A DNA stretch of 60,259 nucleotides, counting the filler, from Aduncisulcus paluster (Eukaryota), in the NCBI GenBank assembly GCA_024181965.1. It is 5 parts of 5 records of this genome, joined end to end, with 100 filler letters (N's around TTAATTAATTAA, not from the genome) between each part and the next. Parts side by side here need not be neighbours in the genome. Positions count along the whole stretch, not along the records: positions 50,421 to 60,259 come from BQXS01010825.1; 4 more parts are not named here. One strand, 5' to 3'. Under the pieces are notes generated by a model. It was not told the origin of the DNA, did no database searches, and was given only the letters and a program-made list of their open reading frames with translations. The translations under genes were made by a program, and so were the position numbers. Shown piece after piece: positions 59,284 to 60,259 of the stretch (position 1 is the first letter of the stretch; every line of letters begins with the position of its first letter).

Positions 59284-60259
59284 TTATTCACTAATGCTAT
59301 CACTAACAAATTCATGAGGATGTAAAGTCGGATCTGGATGAGCTTCTTGGACTTCTCCTTCTCCTCTTGCAAAAGTAAGCTCTTCAACACGAGTACTAAA
59401 TGTCACACGACTGCCCTCTTTGGGGCGAGATTTATAGCCTCCCTTTGAACGAGGAGCTTCGGCAAGAGCTGCTCTCAAAGTATCATCGAGACCGGCTGCT
59501 CCAGTTCCCCGGCCCGGTTGACCGGTTGATGTCCCCTGTTGCCTTTCTCTTGCAGCTCCTGACTCACCCTGAAGTGACAACAGCATATCTTCGGTGGTTC
59601 TGATGTCATTATCATCGATAAATCCACTCCTGTTCTTTAAGAAATCAGACACAGTATCAGATCCGAGTGAAGAGTAATGATTTGTACCATAATACTCACT
59701 GCCCATCGTCACACCCGAAGATGCATGCGAATCATGAGGAACTGTGGTATCGATCACTTCTTGAGCAGATACAGATCTGATACCAGCCTCGTCTTCTTCT
59801 CCCTGTTGTCCAGAGATGTAATCATGATGCTCTTCATCCACATCTCCGTGATGTTGCATGAATCCTTCGAGATCAACCCCCTCGAGTCCCAATTCATCGA
59901 GGAGCATCTTCATCTCGGTGGCATTCTCCTCATTCTCCTCATCGCCAAGCATGAGTCCCACATCATCGGGATTGACAGTGTGCTTGTGCAAATGTTCCTC
60001 GCCTGGCTTGACAAGGAGCATTTGTTGAAGAGACTTCTCTTCTTGGATCTCAGAGTCAGTCCTTTTCATCTTGCCTGCAGTCAACGAGGAGGAGGAGGAG
60101 GAGTCACCAGTTATCGAGGTGGACGTTGGACCTTGACGCAAGAAATGAGCATAATTGCTTGCCTTTTCTTCTTCTGTCAAAGGATGATCGTGTCTCCTTT
60201 CCCCTTCCATCTCAGCCCTGTCTCTTTCCTGTCTCTCCCTATAACGCATAATGTCTTCA
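59284..60259 (-). CDS. Hypothetical acidic/disordered protein, 5'-partial (C-terminal part of a larger gene)
   Basis: At least 321 aa; the frame stays open to the window end; no recognisable motif. Confidence 0.7.
   Translation of the reverse strand, partial: EDIMRYRERQERDRAEMEGERRHDHPLTEEEKASNYAHFLRQGPTSTSITGDSSSSSSLTAGKMKRTDSEIQEEKSLQQMLLVKPGEEHLHKHTVNPDDVGLMLGDEENEENATEMKMLLDELGLEGVDLEGFMQHHGDVDEEHHDYISGQQGEEDEAGIRSVSAQEVIDTTVPHDSHASSGVTMGSEYYGTNHYSSLGSDTVSDFLKNRSGFIDDNDIRTTEDMLLSLQGESGAARERQQGTSTGQPGRGTGAAGLDDTLRAALAEAPRSKGGYKSRPKEGSRVTFSTRVEELTFARGEGEVQEAHPDPTLHPHEFVSDSISE

Noticed and set aside
1-60259. Prokaryotic operon, defence island, CRISPR array, rRNA or tRNA genes, or an alternative genetic code
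   Set aside because: The genes are eukaryotic with spliceosomal introns; no repeat-spacer array, rRNA or tRNA was recognisable by eye; TAA and TGA both end conserved genes normally.

Overview
This is gene-dense eukaryotic (protist) DNA using the standard code, with a few short GT(A/C)GT-type spliceosomal introns. Gene content and the repeat-kinase family suggest a free-living fornicate/metamonad such as Aduncisulcus; that assignment is from recall and is not verified. The window is five contigs artificially joined by 100-nt N44-TTAATTAATTAA-N44 spacers (9473, 22070, 41458, 50321), so synteny across those points is meaningless. Recognisable genes: RNA polymerase I largest subunit, cytosolic LeuRS, DUF1764 protein, SMC2, purine nucleoside phosphorylase, RluA-family pseudouridine synthase, a spliced TMEM216/17-like gene, a gamma-tubulin complex protein, a tandem cathepsin B and an actin-related protein. 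The most unusual items are: (1) a ~5,360-aa midasin-like AAA+ giant with three vWA-type domains and a GATase-like domain, apparently 5'-truncated next to a gag-like element; (2) a ~150-aa beta-rich repeat module found as 5 copies on a protein kinase and as 2 copies in a kinase-less, probably lipid-anchored protein; (3) a divergent homeodomain protein; (4) a palindrome-rich intergenic candidate ncRNA locus.
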